The notes: generated by a model not told the origin, from the sequence alone. Positions 1 to 14,800 are shown, counted from the first letter of the stretch. The stretch is 64,000 nucleotides of DNA from Selaginella moellendorffii (GCF_000143415.4 NW_003314268.1:3728559-3792558), one strand, 5' to 3'. A program made the numbers and translations.

Positions 1-756
1 ATAAGGAGAGAATGACTGAAAGGATTAACCAACAAGTATCTTTCAATACTTGAAGTTATATTTGTGATAAAGTGGCCATAATGAGTATAAAGAATATTTT
101 CCACTTGTCACTATTTTGAATGCAAATATGCAAGTTAATCTTGATGAAGAATCAAGCTTTAGAGAGCTAGTGCCACATCTCAAGGATTAATAAAGGTGGA
201 TTGAAAATATAAAATAAGAATAGTGGGCAAGTTAAATGCATGGTTGACCACTTAGAGATATTGTATAGCTCCTTGTTAGGCATGTTTATCTTTGTTCTGT
301 GTCTAGCTTAGGTCTAAATGTAATGTTTATACTACTGTAATTAGTAAAGTGTTTATGCTAAAATAACACTAAACTTTTGTGTGTTGGTTTTGGTGTTAGA
401 ATTCTAAATACTTTAGTGTTTATTCTATGTTCATGTTCCTTCATTCCTTGGCTATACATTTAGGGTTTTAGCTCTATCCATTCATTTAGTCACTTTATTG
501 CCTTTGGCACATGTGTCCAAGAGTTAGTTTCCACTTCATGATTATTCTATAACAATTCACTATAGGGTATAGGTAAAACTCACATATGACTTATTTAAAT
601 TCCACAGCCCAGAATATACCCTTTTATCCTATAGCTTTACTACGGTCTAAATCCATGCAAAAGGCCAAACAATCTATTTGTCTGATTTCCTTATTTTATC
701 ACTTAAAAAGTGTTTTAAGAAAAATAGACAAGAGTAGTTACTTATAGTGGTTCCAG

Positions 757-804
<48 letters not shown>
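757..804. repeat. (TA)n microsatellite
   Basis: Near-perfect TA dinucleotide run of ~48 bp. Confidence 0.95.
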
Positions 805-809
<5 letters not shown>

Positions 810-1085
810 TATAAATAAGAATTAAATATTTTAGGGATCATTTAACATATAAAGGGGATTTAGTGCCAAGTGGAACTCATATCAGAGTACCTAAAAATAT
901 TGACTTAAATATAAAATTAAAAAATATTTAAAAAATAAATATTCGTAAAGAAATAATAAAAATAAAAATAAATTATTAATTTACTAAAACTTTAACCTAT
1001 TAATACATTATATAAGAATACATAAGTATGAAGCTATATCGTTCATTTAATTCTATTACTTAAATTTCATTGAACAACTTAAAAT

Positions 1086-1490
1086 ATGTTAAAGTTACAT
1101 CTTCAAATTTCTATATGTATTTTATTGATATTTAATTTTTCTTTTATCACAACTAAATCAACATTTCAGTGGGATGAGATTATGATATATCATCTTAATT
1201 ACTACTTTAATAAATATGGAAAAGATGTAAATGTGTTTATATATAAGAAAGATTTTGAATTTAAAAATAAAACGGAACCAAATCCTTTATTAGAAAATTT
1301 AGATTTCAAAATAGGTGGTGATCCTTATGAAGTTATAGTTTTTCCAGGAGAAGCTATGTATAAGACAAATGATGAATATGGTTGGCAAATTTGGTCTTTT
1401 ATAGGATGTTTTTATCATACTCATGAATATCCAAACTATGTAGAGTTTTATGAATTTAAATCTATATGTGGTAAAAATGAGAATAACTAA
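1086..1490 (+). CDS. Small putatively secreted protein, 134 aa, unknown function
   Basis: Uninterrupted ATG-TAA ORF in extremely AT-rich DNA; hydrophobic N-terminus (ISICILLIFNFSFI) resembling a signal peptide; aromatic-rich C-terminal half. Confidence 0.5.
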   Translation: MLKLHLQISICILLIFNFSFITTKSTFQWDEIMIYHLNYYFNKYGKDVNVFIYKKDFEFKNKTEPNPLLENLDFKIGGDPYEVIVFPGEAMYKTNDEYGWQIWSFIGCFYHTHEYPNYVEFYEFKSICGKNENN

Positions 1491-3399
1491 AGTGATTTTC
1501 TTACTATCAATTTATATTAGCTTTTAAGATAATAGATACAATTTTTCAATATAATATAAATTATAGTGTTTTCAAATTAACAAGAAAATAAAAAAAACGA
1601 GAATATTTTTAAAAAAATATATATAAATCTAACTATGCTAGGATATATCCTTATTTCTTTGTTATAATGACGCTTAGCATAATTCCTTTATTAGTATAGA
1701 CTAAATCTTTTGTAATTTTATATTTCTGTCATTTATTTATACATGATTATACTAAAATTATATTTTTCCTCACTTAACAGAATTTTTATTAATTTATTGT
1801 TAATAACAAATAAAAATAATGTTTTTAAAAAGAATCAGAATTTTTCATATAAATATTTCTCTAATGATATTAGTATTTCAAATATTTTACACTTTCTATT
1901 TAATGTGGTTATAACAAATCAATGTTTTTTAAGATTATAGTATTTATTGAGGATAAATATTTATAATTTTAAAAACATATAATTAAATATATGAAACATT
2001 TTTAATAATTAAGAATATAAATTTTATTAATTATGTATTTTATTACATTATATAAAAATATACTATGAAAGGAATCTAGATTATTCTTATATTTCTAAAT
2101 ATTCACTTATTGAAAAAAATTAAGAAATTTTCATCCATTTTAAACTAAAATTAAAATACTATACTTTTAGAGGTAATTTACATTTTGTTAGTTATTTTAC
2201 AATTTGAAAAAATATCATACAGGTAAATTGTTTTTAAAATTTTATTATAGATTATGTAAATCAATTTTTTATTAAATATGGATTAGTTAGGAATTTATTT
2301 ATATATAAAAATAATTTTGTATTAAATGAAAATCAATTGAGTACTAGTAAGTTCAAATTCAAATATATGTATTATGAAGTACTGATTTTCTGTGATTCAG
2401 CATGTATAAAAGTAATAATGATAATTTAATCATTTCTAGAATGTTATGATTAAATTTCCTTGAGCTAATAAATTTCATTCTTTTATCACTCACTCATTTT
2501 TAATTTCCACTTGATGACCCTTGTAGGGAAAATGAAGTCCTCTACCATATGGGATGTTTGCCAAGTTGAAGGATAGGCAAGATTTAAAGGAGATTCAAGT
2601 TAGTCTTTGCTAAGAGGTCCCTCAAATGTAGCTCCTAAGGTCCAATGACACTAGTGTTTCCTCACTCTTACATTGATGTAAAGAAGTTTGTGGCAGTTAT
2701 TATTACTAGTGCAAAGAAGGCATAAGAATTGGATATAACCACATCCATCTAATACTATCACTGTTAATTTCATATTGTTATCAAGAATATATGTTTTCAT
2801 CTCCTACTTTATGTAGGCCTAGAATATGATTCCAGATATATGGGATGAATTAATCTCATCTTATAGTAATTGTTCAAACATTATTCTTGCAAGAGAAATT
2901 TTCACCAGATGCCTTCAATTGATAAAAATTAAATAAAGTAAAAATCATTAAAGTAAAAAATAATTATTAATTAATTAATAAAATTTAAAATTTAAAATAA
3001 AAAAATGTCTATAGAAGACTAGATATTGCCGAGAATAAGATACTCAGTTGGCAGAGATCTATATGTTATCAATAAAAAATAGACACCTCCTATAGGATCT
3101 TTTATTGGAAGCATTTGAATGTATGTAGGTATTCTAGCACCAATTGTGATATTTATTGTCTATATATAGTAAGTATCAAATCTAAAAAAACACATTTGAA
3201 AGTAGAAAACACTTTACAATATCCTCATAATCACTATTCCAAACCCATATTAGATGAAAAGACTATACCCAACCCAAAACCTTTAACCAATTGGAAAAGA
3301 TGTATTTTTGCTTATGGATTCTTTCTTTTTATATATCAACCTTTATAAATTAGTTGTTTTTTATTGCTTACACATAAGAGGTGAACTTTGCTCTAATAT

Positions 3400-3600
3400 T
3401 CTTAACAGAATGTGGCTTGTTTGTTAACTTGATCTGGCCATTGGCAGCCATTAAATTGACTCAGTTGACAATTTCCAAGTTTTGGAGAACCTAGCTAGCA
3501 ACTCTCATCCTCTAATAACAGTATTCCATGTATTTATTAATGGTCTCACCCATAACTTGTTAAAGGAATTCCTAGGCATAGATTCACCCATTCCCTCCAC
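3400..3600 (-). pseudogene. Highly degraded Ty3/gypsy integrase fragment
   Basis: Minus strand near 3420-3445 reads ANGQIKLTNK, resembling the integrase NGQxExxNK motif. Confidence 0.3.
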
Positions 3601-4793
3601 ACATTGCACTCACTAGGTTAACATTTGGCTTGCTTATTCTGGGTGGGAATGTAGTTGTGCTACATGAGAACTCCTTCTAGATCAAAGCTATAAAACAATC
3701 ACTTTAGCTCTATTGTGTATTTTCTTCTAATATACATGATTTATTCTACATCATTCCAACCTCAAAGTTGCACATAATTGTAAGTTCACATCCTAACAAA
3801 CTACAAATTGTACACCAAGTCCAAGAATTAATAAAACTCAGGTTGAAAAGCACAGGTATACATATATTGCTTGGGACTCTTCTCCCCAAGAACCTAACAT
3901 GCCAAAATAAACATGCCAAACATGCCAAACTAAACATGGAGTTAGCAATCTAAACTATTGTCCCACTACCAAGCAATGCCCAATAATTCATTGTGATCAT
4001 TGGCACTCTTTTCAATAGAGCACTGGAATGTGATCACTAGCACTCTCTTCATAGAGCCAATGCCTTAATGTGTGTGTGTGTTTATATATATATAGTGTAT
4101 ATGTGTATAAATCAAATTGAAGTTTTATAATTTATTTTTAAGATTGTCTCTCTTGATATTAGTCACACATATGGAACTTGACACTAGGTGATGGTATATC
4201 GAAGGTGGTACTGCACAAGTGGTTAGATTCAGGTTGGTTTAGTCTTATATGTGTGTAACTCCATGATCAAATCTTCAATTGTTAAAAAAAAAGATTAGTC
4301 AATTTTAACAATAGGAGTATATATTATATTTTTATATGTAGCATTAGTTATTTATAATATAACTCCTAAACCAAGATAATGTATGTATTAAAAGTAATGT
4401 TTTAAAATATTTTTCTAACTAAAATATAGTTTATTAGTACATAATACTATGGAATATAATATTTGAATTTATAGTTTGTATCTATATATAATAAAAATAT
4501 TTATTAGTAAATATTCTTTTTTTTGATAAAGTATTAATATAAGTTTTTGCATGTAAATTATAATTTAAATATAGCATAGAGCTAATATTATTTATTCTTA
4601 TTAAAAAATCCGTTTTTACCTTTTCTGAATCAGATATTGTTTTTAATATATTCATATCTTTAAATAATACTTTACATATAATATTTTATTAAAAATATAT
4701 ATTCTTATTTCTTAATAAATATTAATTACCTTGGAATAAATTATATTCTATTATATTCAAAATAGAAAATTATTTGTTTTTATTCACCTCTAG

Positions 4794-6088
4794 TCTACTA
4801 CTATAAAGAGTATGAGCACAAGGATGTTCACAGTTCATGCAAAGTCTAGCATCATCCCTTGTCACCAAAGCACTCATCAAAGGTATACTCCCATGTGTGT
4901 AGGAATTCCTCTGCCTGCAGACTAGACAGCTCCACATGGCTTAATCAGTTAGTATCGCTCCAGGCCACAATGCATCCTTCACAGTGAGCAGGACATGCTG
5001 TGAGAGAGCTCACATCCTAGATCAATGAATGGGCAAGCTACTCTAGAAGTGGCCAATTTTCCAATGATCAGGTGGATTTTCTGTAGAATCATCCAATCTC
5101 TACCCCTTGTGGGATCTTCCAGGGGATTCTTTGAAGTGTGCAGCAGGTGTGCAGCAAGCTCACATTTCATGGCACATGAATGATCCTTAAAAGATGGATT
5201 GGTATGACGTGGTTACATGCATAAGTGGATTTCTTTAATAACCATGGAGGAGCTGAATGGTTCTAAGATCCCTAAGTTAGTTTTTTCGTATTTTACTTAC
5301 ATCTTTCTTGAAGCTATTCCAAATGTATATCTCACAATCTTGAGAAGAGTAAAAACTATTTCTTTGTTTCTCATATAACTCTTCTAGATTGCATCAGCAG
5401 GCTTGAAAGCTATGCACAATCCTGGTCCATTCAAGGTTTTGAGGCTAAGTTCCAGACAAAGCCATCCAGAAAGCAGATTTGGTAGTAGACAAGTGTCTAC
5501 TTGGTCACAAGATCAAGAAATTTGCCAGGTTGATGGAATTCCAGTTTTGTTTGGTTGGGAAGACTCCTCCACTTGGCAATGGTGGATCTATTCTTCATTA
5601 GGCTTTCTCTCTTTGGATCCATCCTTCCATGATAAGAATTGTTGTGTTATTCTTATTGTGCTTTAGTGTGTTCAGCATTGTTTAGCAGTAGGATAGTAAA
5701 TAGGATTGAAACAATCAGGGGGTTACTGAGTTTTATTTGTGATTTTTTGGGCTTTAAAAAAATTTCTAATATGACTTAAATAATTTAATTGGGCAGTATC
5801 AAGAGCTTCTTGGGTCTATGAAGACAGATTACTGTCAAGATACTTGGAAATTCTTGCAATGTGTAGTGCTGCTGGTGAAGATCTTCACTTTGCTTGCAAG
5901 AGATAACTAAAACTTTTAACAACTGATTCTTAATTAGGAATGTTAAAACCTTTGCATATTGGGATTTTAGGGACTATAATCAACCTACACAACCTTAGTG
6001 GGCTTTATGCACAACTTGGGATAAGGTATGAACTACAAATATAGTTTATTAATACAATTTTAAAATTTGTAGTGTAAGATATATATTA
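4794..6088 (+). mobile_element. Dispersed repeat, probable non-autonomous Helitron; inverted homolog of ~49352-50565
   Basis: 4810-5945 aligns by eye with the reverse complement of 49450-50565; starts TCTACTACTATAAAG directly after CTAG; AT-rich hairpin then TTAG-T near 6050-6089. Confidence 0.5.
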
Positions 6089-7289
6089 GTAATCTATAAT
6101 AATAAAGAGGAACTTTCTAGGCTGCTGGATCCAACATCCGATGAAAGGTAACTGTCAAAAGGTTATTTATTTAACTATATCTTGCTAAAATGTTTTGATA
6201 AAGTTTTATCTTGGCCAATAACTATTTGGTAGAACTACCCTTTACCAAAGGAACCCCAATGGAAATAGAGTTGGCATATTCTGGATATGGTTGGATTCAT
6301 ATGCTTGTATCGAATATTAATAGAGGTGCCGAAGCACTTGTAATGAATTATAGAACATGATATTATGAGGCAACTAAGTAAAGTTTGGAATAATTGGTTG
6401 GAATAGTGCAAGTTAACTTCTTGAGACTTCTTGGCTAGATAAGAAGGAGGCTAAATACATCCCTTCAGGGATTTTGTGCTTATATTGCAATATAGTGAGT
6501 CAGCATTAATCAGAAAAGCTCATTGCCTAGGAAGTTTATCACTAAAATATATAAGCATCTTAAAAATATTAAAGAGGTTTTTTTTAGGTGTTATGAGGGC
6601 ATTAGATAAAGCCCAAAAGACTAAATCTTTAGAAAATAGATGTAATATCCAAAGTTGATAAAGCTAGAGACAGGGTAAGTTTTTCTATCCTAAGAGGATA
6701 AGTCTATAAATATTTTGGCACGACTAACAATGAGTATAAGAACCTATGAGTAACAAATGTTAATTTTAGTATATGGGATTACAAGGTAAGCATATCTAAA
6801 TTGAGAAACCACTCGCTAAGTGATTAAATAAGTTTATCCCTAATAAGACATGTAGAAAGTGCAAAGTTACCTCCTCATAGAAGAGAGTAATTGAAGAAAA
6901 CGTATAAAGCTAAAAGCAAGTAGTAAAAGGATAAAATCAAACCATAATATTTGAGAGTCATAACCTAAATTAGTTATGCAAATTGAGAGTGGGAAATTAA
7001 TTGAGTGCTTGAGGGTGTTGCTACTTGCAACCATAGTGCTCTGGAAAGTCTAACGTATAGAATTGTTCATATTAGACTAAAGGGCAAGTAAGAAATTTGT
7101 GAAAAGAGAACTTCCTACTTGCCCTCTAGTCTAATATAAACAATTCCATACTTTGGCAAGCTAAAAGATGAAGTCCCTTTAATGTTCCTAAAAGTAATTA
7201 TAGATAGGTGTAAGGAACTAGCTCCTTGAGGTGGCATAGGCTAAAGGATCTTTCAAACCAAGACCAGAATGATAAAAAGTTCATTGGAT

Positions 7290-7533
7290 GAGACTGAGTT
7301 TGTGATTGAGTCCAAGACTAACTTCGAGATTGAGTTCAAGACCAAGTTCAAGACTGAGTCCAAGATCGAGTCTAAGACCAACTTTGTGACCAAGTTTGAG
7401 ACTGACTCCAAGACCGAGTCCAAAACCAACTCCTAGACTGAGTTTGAGATTGAGTTCGAGACCGAGTTTGAGACCGAGTCCAAGATCGAGTTTGAGACTG
7501 AGTCTGAGACCCAGTCTGAGATCTGAGATTAGG
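7290..7533 (+). repeat. GAGACC/GAGTCC-type hexamer/12-mer tandem array, left half
   Basis: Repeating GAGACCGAGTYY units; the array resumes at 27922 after the inserted LTR complex. Confidence 0.9.
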
Positions 7534-8708
7534 TGTAGCGCACTTGAATTTGGAGCTGAACTCCAAGCTCATTACACTATGTAATGAGGGTCTAGTACAC
7601 TTTTAATCTTATGAGTACTAACTCCCCATATCCAGCACCTACATGCAAAATGGTGTCAGATGGTATCTGGCACAATTTTGGTATACTGGTGGCCTAATGC
7701 AAGGAGGAGGGTACCCCACTGACTAAAACAGTGTGGAGTTTGGGCTTAGACCCAAACTAGATATAAAACAAGGAGAAACACAGCTCAACTAGAGTTAAAT
7801 TAATGTCTCAAGTGATCGAACATACATTTCAACCATTATCTCTACTATACATGTGGAACCCCCTATATCCCCCCCTCCTTGTAGCACATGTGGTTTTTAC
7901 CTTTTATCCTATGGTGTTTTACCATAGAATAACCACGAAGTGGAACTTAAACCCTCCATGTGCCACGTGCCACATGCCATGTGTCCAAAGGACAGTGGTA
8001 TGGAACCCGAGTTTTAGGGTCTTGGGCCACTGAATGAAAGAACAGTGTTAAACTCTCAAGCTTGGAGCCAAGGAGTGATGGAACCAGACCACGGAGCAAC
8101 TTTCGAGTATATATCCCAAAGAGCAAATGGACAGGAACATAGAGTGACTTGGAACAATTCTAGAGCATTCAACATCCCAATGCCAAGACCAATATGCAAA
8201 ACGGAGCCAAATAGAGTCTAGCGCTATTTTAGCATATCGGTGGCCTAACACAAGGATATGGGTACTCCACCACCTAGTATAGTGTAAAGCTTGGGCTTAG
8301 ACCCAAGCTAGACATAGAACAAGGACAAATACGCAAGTGAGAGCTAAATTATACCTTAGGTTGGTTGGCCATAATCTACCCATTATCCTTATTATATATT
8401 TGGAACCCCTATATCTCCCCCCCCCCCACCCCCCCGAGGAACACATGCTTTGGGCTTTCACCCCAAGCCTCTTTTAGTACTAGGAGTTAATCTTTGGGAT
8501 AAACTCAAAATTTACTAAATATGGAATGTCCCTAAATTGTGAATTTGGACACGGGATGAACACCATTGTGTTCAAGACAATCTTTACATTCCGTAAATAT
8601 GCCAAATGAGAAAATCTAGACACTATTTATAAGTAGCATTTATGACCGAAATGAGACTAACACAAAGGGTATAATAATAAGGGTGTTTGGCAGACACGGT
8701 AAGCTATC

Positions 8709-9301
8709 TGTAAGCTCCTGAGTTTGGACTTCCTGGAGGGTCACCCAACCTAGTACTATTCAAACCCAAGGATGCTTTACTCCAAGTATCCCAAGACCCT
8801 TAACCGATTAGAAAAGGGGGTGCACTTTTGTTCATGGGCTTTTTCCTTCTATATTTGAACCCCAATGGATTTTCTCTCGAGTCATTCTCTTTGGTTGCTT
8901 ACAATCCACCATGCTTCCCTACAAGTTCATGCCCTTGTGAACGGAAGCTGAGAGCCGCAGTTCTCCCGAGAGCCTCACTCTCTTGACACCCTACCCTTCG
9001 GGTCGAGCCCAGTAGGAGCAAATTGGACCAACCAGATGTCAATCAACATGTGGTGTGATTCCCTAGCCAACCAACAGAGTCGGACCCGAGACCACTCTAA
9101 TACCAAATGTAAGCTTCTGAGTTTGGACTTCCCAGGAAGTCACCCAGCTTAGTACTATTCAAACCCAAGGATGCTTAACCCCAAATATCCCAAGACCCTT
9201 AACCGATTGGAAAAGGGGGTGCACTCTTGTTCATAGGCCCTTTCCCTCTATATTTGAACCCCATGGATCTTCTTTCGAGTCATTCTCTTTGGTTTCTTAC
9301 A
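8709..9301 (-). mobile_element. Cassandra TRIM with 5S rRNA-derived sequence in its LTRs
   Basis: LTRs 8709-8903 and 9108-9301 (TG...CA); perfect TSD CTATC; iMet-type PBS at ~9095-9105; PPT at ~8904-8919; LTR minus strand (GTTAAGCATCCTTGGGTTTGAATAGTACTA...TGGGTGAC...GGAAGTCC) matches the 5S internal control region. Confidence 0.93.
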
Positions 9302-9988
9302 CTATCATCCAGTGATATTGAGGGACTAGTCTCAATACGCAAGGGTTCTTGTCACTAGCTAGTGCAAAATATAACGAGACAGGAACTCTTTACTAGGCTC
9401 AATATGCTTAGCTAATAATATGTAGGAATTTCATCCTTATGCTCGTCTAGTTTAAGTACACTCAAAATGCCCAGTTAACTCCACTAACACAAGAGGGACT
9501 AATAAAGGGTATAAAAATACTGACCTCCTGCCGTCGTGGTAGTAAGGAAAGAGTATTCGTAAGGACTAGCCGATAGGTAACTTTCGATACCGGAATTCAT
9601 TTTCGGGACACCCCCCCCCCCCCCCCCCATAGGGAAGATCGACGTCCTCGTCGATGCATACTCCAGTTTAGACTACCGGTAAGGAAACAACTCTAGAAAA
9701 AGTTCATAGCGAGCACACTATGTGAGAAATGCACCAACTTAAATGAGTTAGGGTAACCTCTTTGTTTAACGCAGATGCACTACCAACTCAAATAAGTTCC
9801 GGCCGTCGCTAACAAGGAAATGACCAACAGAGTCAGCCACCCTTGCTGCTCTGGGTGTCACCCAACTTACAAAAGTGTGATATACCCTTGTCTGTAGAGA
9901 TATAGAGAGAGAAGCCAAAGGCCCTAACCCTCATAAGCAAAGAAACCAAACCCGTCGGTAAGGTTTAGATAGACTACTATAAACAGGC

Positions 9989-10079
9989 TGTAAGCAACTA
10001 AAGGGAACGACTTGAAAGACGATCCATAAGGGTTTAAATATAGAGGGAAAGGGCCCATGAATAAAAGTGCACCCCTTCC
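9989..10079 (+). mobile_element. Truncated Cassandra LTR fragment
   Basis: Matches the reverse complement of the ends of the LTRs at 8709-8903 and 9108-9301. Confidence 0.7.
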
Positions 10080-11819
10080 ACCATCTCGAAGAATGGCACA
10101 TCATTCTACATCAACAACAACCAAGCAAATCTTTTAATAAGAATAATCAACTATCCCAAGATGATAGTCAATCATCACCAATGATTGCTAAATGCAAAAG
10201 CTAACTTCAACCTCGAAGCTAATGAGCTAAACTGTCTTCATTGAGACTAATAAAACTCAATATCAATCCTATGGAAAGACATCTCATTTCACGTGAATCT
10301 GAATATTAACAATATCAACGACAAAACATTATTTTAATGCCATCAACACCAGAACAAAACTAGAAGAAAGCAAGAGGTCAATATTGCTGGACCTTTTATC
10401 AGTCCCTTTTGTGTTAGTGGAGTTAACTGGGCATTTTGAGTGTACTTAGACCTGACGAGCATTTGGGACTGAAATGAAACTAACACAAAGGGCATGATAG
10501 CAAGGGTGTTTGGAAGACATGGTAAGTTATCATCCAGCGATATTGAGGGACTAATCTCAATATGCAAGGGTTCTTGTCACTAGCTAGTGCAAAACATAAC
10601 AAGACGGGAACTCCTTCTTAGGCTAAATATGCTTAGTTAATAACATGTAAAAATTCTATCCTTATGCTCGTTCGGTTTAAGTACACTCAAAATGCCCAGT
10701 TAACTCCACTAACACAAGAGGGACTGATAAAGGGTCTAGTAATACCGATCTCTTGCCATCATTGCAGTAAGGAAAGAGTGTTCGTAATGACTAGTCGACA
10801 GATAACTTTCAATACCGAAGTCACATTCGTGACATTTTCCCCTCCCCCCTCTCCCCTTGAGGAACACATGTTTTGAGCTTTCACCCCTAGCTTCCCTTAG
10901 TACCAGGAGTTAGTTTTTGGGACAAGTGTGAAAACTTACTAAATATGGAATTGTGCTAGCTCGCAAATTAGGGAGCAGAAACAACACCATAGGGTTCAGA
11001 ACACTCTCTACATTCAGTAAATATGCCTCTAGACACTTACCATAAATAGCATATAGATCTGGAATGGAACAAATACATAAGGCATAATAGCAAGGGTGTC
11101 TGACAGACATGGTAAGCTACCATATAATAATATTAAGGGACTAGACTCAATATTGTGGAGGTTCCCAAAGTTAGTAAGTGCATGTCAATGAATGAGTTTC
11201 TCTAACTAAGTCAAGTATGTTTGACTAATAATATTTAGAAATTTTGTCCTTATACTCATCTAGTCAAATCCACATGTGATAACTAGTTTCTCAACTAGCT
11301 TGGGTGGAGACTATAAAGGGAACCAGTAATACCAACCTCTTGCCAATGTGGCAATATGGAGAAAGTGTTCGTAAGGATTAGTCGACAAGTACCTTTCAAT
11401 ACCTAAAGTCACATTTGTGACATTCACCCCCCCTTAGGGAAGATTGACATCCTCATTGATGCATACCCAAGTCTAGCAAACCGTCAAGGAAACAACTCTG
11501 AAAGTTAATGGAAAGCACACTATGTGGGAAACACATGAATTTATTTATATGACCACATCCCTTTTCAAAAATGAGTCAATGAGAGAGAGGTGGGGACTTG
11601 TGATCAATCTATACTAGTTATCCCTATGGTTATAGATTGTACCCATGCACTGAAGTGCTGAAGTCATCCTACACAAACTGACCCAAGAACTAACAAATGA
11701 GATAAATGAAACTTTGATTTGATAGAAATATATTACTTTATTTATTTGCAATATTTATTATAATATTTACAAAAGTTATTCTTTATTACAATTCTCATAC
11801 TCTGTGACAAACTCACGGG

Positions 11820-14800
11820 TATGCGTAAGATTACTAAGAGGCTCTTAAGTTGATTTATAAGATGGGTAACCTTTCCATTTAACTAAATATACTTTCGTAC
11901 AACCACCACGTTTCTAAAGACATGATAAAATGCTTTCAACTTCATATTCAAGTTCAACTTCTGGTGGTGGATGAATCTCCCCTTGACATGCAACATCTAT
12001 AATGTAAATTGGTATGAAATACATTATGAATATTGGACATTTCCGCAAGAAGATCCAACTAATAGGATACATTACCAATTTGTTTCAATTTTGGTAACAG
12101 CTTCCGAGACAAAGATCACTTAACATTCAAGTTCTAGGGAGATATCTATACTTGATCTCCCACTTGATAGGATACATCCCGACGATGTTGATCCTTATCA
12201 TGTTGATATCTATCCTGAGCTTTGTGCATTGCCTCAGTAGCTCTAGACCAACCTTGGCATAGTTGCTCCACATAAATCTCAATGGTTGGGACTAACACTT
12301 TGGACATTGGTCTTGGTACAATAATCTATTGAAGAACCTCACGAGCATTCCTTTGCAGCATCTTCCATAAAGAATAGCCAATAGTGCTATAAAAATGTGT
12401 TATAACAGATTTCTGTTGTGTCCAAATGCTCAACCTAGTCACGTTAGTCCACCATAATATAGTACTGTAGAAAATCCTCAACTTAAGAATTTACACATTT
12501 GATTTGTCCATCAATTTGAGAATGATAAGCTATACTAAACTTCAACTTGGTACTGAACAATTGAAACAGTGTGCCCTAAAATTTCCCTATATTCAAGCTC
12601 ATCTCTTTCGGAAGACCACAAACACGTATTACTTCATGAAAAAAGAGCTTTGCTACTTGCTTCGCATTCACTATTTCCGCAATTGGAATGAAGTGTGCAA
12701 TCTTTGACAACCAATCCACAACCACCATCAAAGTGCAATAACTTTTGGACTTCAGCAAGCAAGTGATAAAGTCAAGTGTCACACTCTGAAATGGCCATGT
12801 CGATACTGGAATGCACTACAATTTCCCAGCCTACTTCTTAGTTTTATGCTTACTTTTCTGGTATATAAGGCAAGAATGGACATAATCCACTACATCACCT
12901 TCCATACCAAACCAAAAAAATCCCTTTTTGTACTTGATAATATGAGGGCACTAAGCAAAGATGCAAATATCATCAATGGTAGAAGTAATGAGCAGAGTCT
13001 TTTATTTTCCACCATATCCTACTATCGGGACATCATGATGTTCTTACAGAAACAACTATTGCAAATCTTTAAAAGGAAGGTACAATTTTTCTTGCTTATA
13101 AAAAATAAGCCCCATCTCGAATTGAGAAGTTAAGCTTCGCATTGGTGTGATTAGCAACTTTTGCTCCTTCATGTTTCTACTTTGACAACTCTGCATGGTG
13201 CAAGATTCCCTTTGCCAATGGATCACTTTGATATGAAGCCCAAATATCCTTTAACTAATATGAACTAGTTACCAACATTGCTTGGAATTGAGCATGACGA
13301 CTCAACCCATCTAGAACAATATTGTCTTTACCAAGTTTATAGATGATTTCAATATTGAATATAGCGAGCCTCTCTTGCCAATGAGCCTATTTAGGCATAA
13401 ACTTTAGCTACGTAGCAAAGTAGCTCAGTGTGTTATTATTTATATAAACCTAAGTATATCAACCCAAATAGTGTCTTCAATGTTCCAATGTTAACACTAC
13501 AGCAAACATTTCTTTCTTGTGTATTAGCCATCTTCATTAGGCTTCATCCATTTTCTTGGAATACAATGCAATAGGACAACTATGTCACCTTAGTATAACA
13601 CCAACCACATTGTCATAATCTTGCTATAACATGGCATCTGTAGCATAGCTAAATGCATCACAATGCACTTCAAAGGGTTTATCATGATCTAGGATCCTAA
13701 GAACAGGAACTGTAATCAATATCTCCTTCAACCATATAAAAGCATGTTGAGAAGCTACTGTCTAATGAAATAGTATATTACTCTTTGTTAACTTAGTCAG
13801 TAGAAGAGTAATTCTTGCAAAATTGCAAACAAACTTATGATATTATCCCGCCAAATTAAGAAAGGAACGAATATTTGATATAGTGGTCAAAGGCTTCCCA
13901 CAACTTCATTACTTCCACCTTCTTTGGATCCACCTCAATTATGCCACCACCGACTATATGTCCAAGAAAGTTCATGTGCAATTGTCCATAATTGCATTTA
14001 CTTTCTTTAGCATATAGTTTGTGTTCATGCAACTTTTGAAACACTAGCTCCAAATTTTTCAAATGATCCTCCAACATTTCACTAAAGACTAGGACATTAT
14101 CAATATATAGGATAACAAATAATCTCTAAATATTCTATCTATCACTGTGCTGAGCATTGTTGGAGCATTACATAACCTAAACGGTATGACAAGGAACTTA
14201 TAAAATTCATACCGAGTCTTAAAGGCTATCTTCTCCACATCCTGATTTACCACCCATATCTGATGATATCCAGACTGCAAATCAAGTCTAAAATACTTAA
14301 GTTGGTTAAATAAATCATCAATGCGAGACAAAGGATAACTATTTTTAACTGTGATCTTGTTGAGTGTTTGATAATCAATACATATCCTCATGGTACCATC
14401 CTTTTTCATAATAAAAAGGATTGATGCTTTATAAAGTGATTTGCTCGGTCGGATATAACTTTTATCAAGAAGCTCTATGAGTTGCTTCTTGAGTTCAGCC
14501 ATCTCCTTGACATTCAGACGATATAAAACCTTTGTACATGGTTTAGAACCCAAAATAATCTCAATCCAATGATCAACTTCATGGCTAGGAGGTAGCCCTT
14601 GTGGCAAATCCTTAAAAAAGATATCATAATTCCTTGCTAACAACTCCAATATTTCCTTTGGTATAGGATCAACCCTATCATCGATTTGAATTGAGTCACC
14701 ATCACCCTCAACTTCCATCACTTGAACCCAAAAAGTTTAACACCCCTTCTTAGTTGCTTTTTGAGCGGCTCGTGTAATCAAAAGCTTAGCATCCCAATTC

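Larger units (their letters stand above)
7534..11422 (-). repeat. Cluster of partial and rearranged copies of the ~920-bp chromovirus LTR
   Basis: Segments 7534-7880, ~8215-9610, ~10460-10835 and ~10850-11422 match the reverse complement of the solo LTR 16321-17239. Confidence 0.8.

Noticed and set aside
6100-7290. Possible retroelement remnants (also 1-350 and 2480-2900)
   Set aside because: Too degraded to assign motifs reliably
8725-8780. 5S rRNA gene
   Set aside because: Only the internal part of 5S is present, embedded in LTRs, so this is Cassandra rather than rDNA
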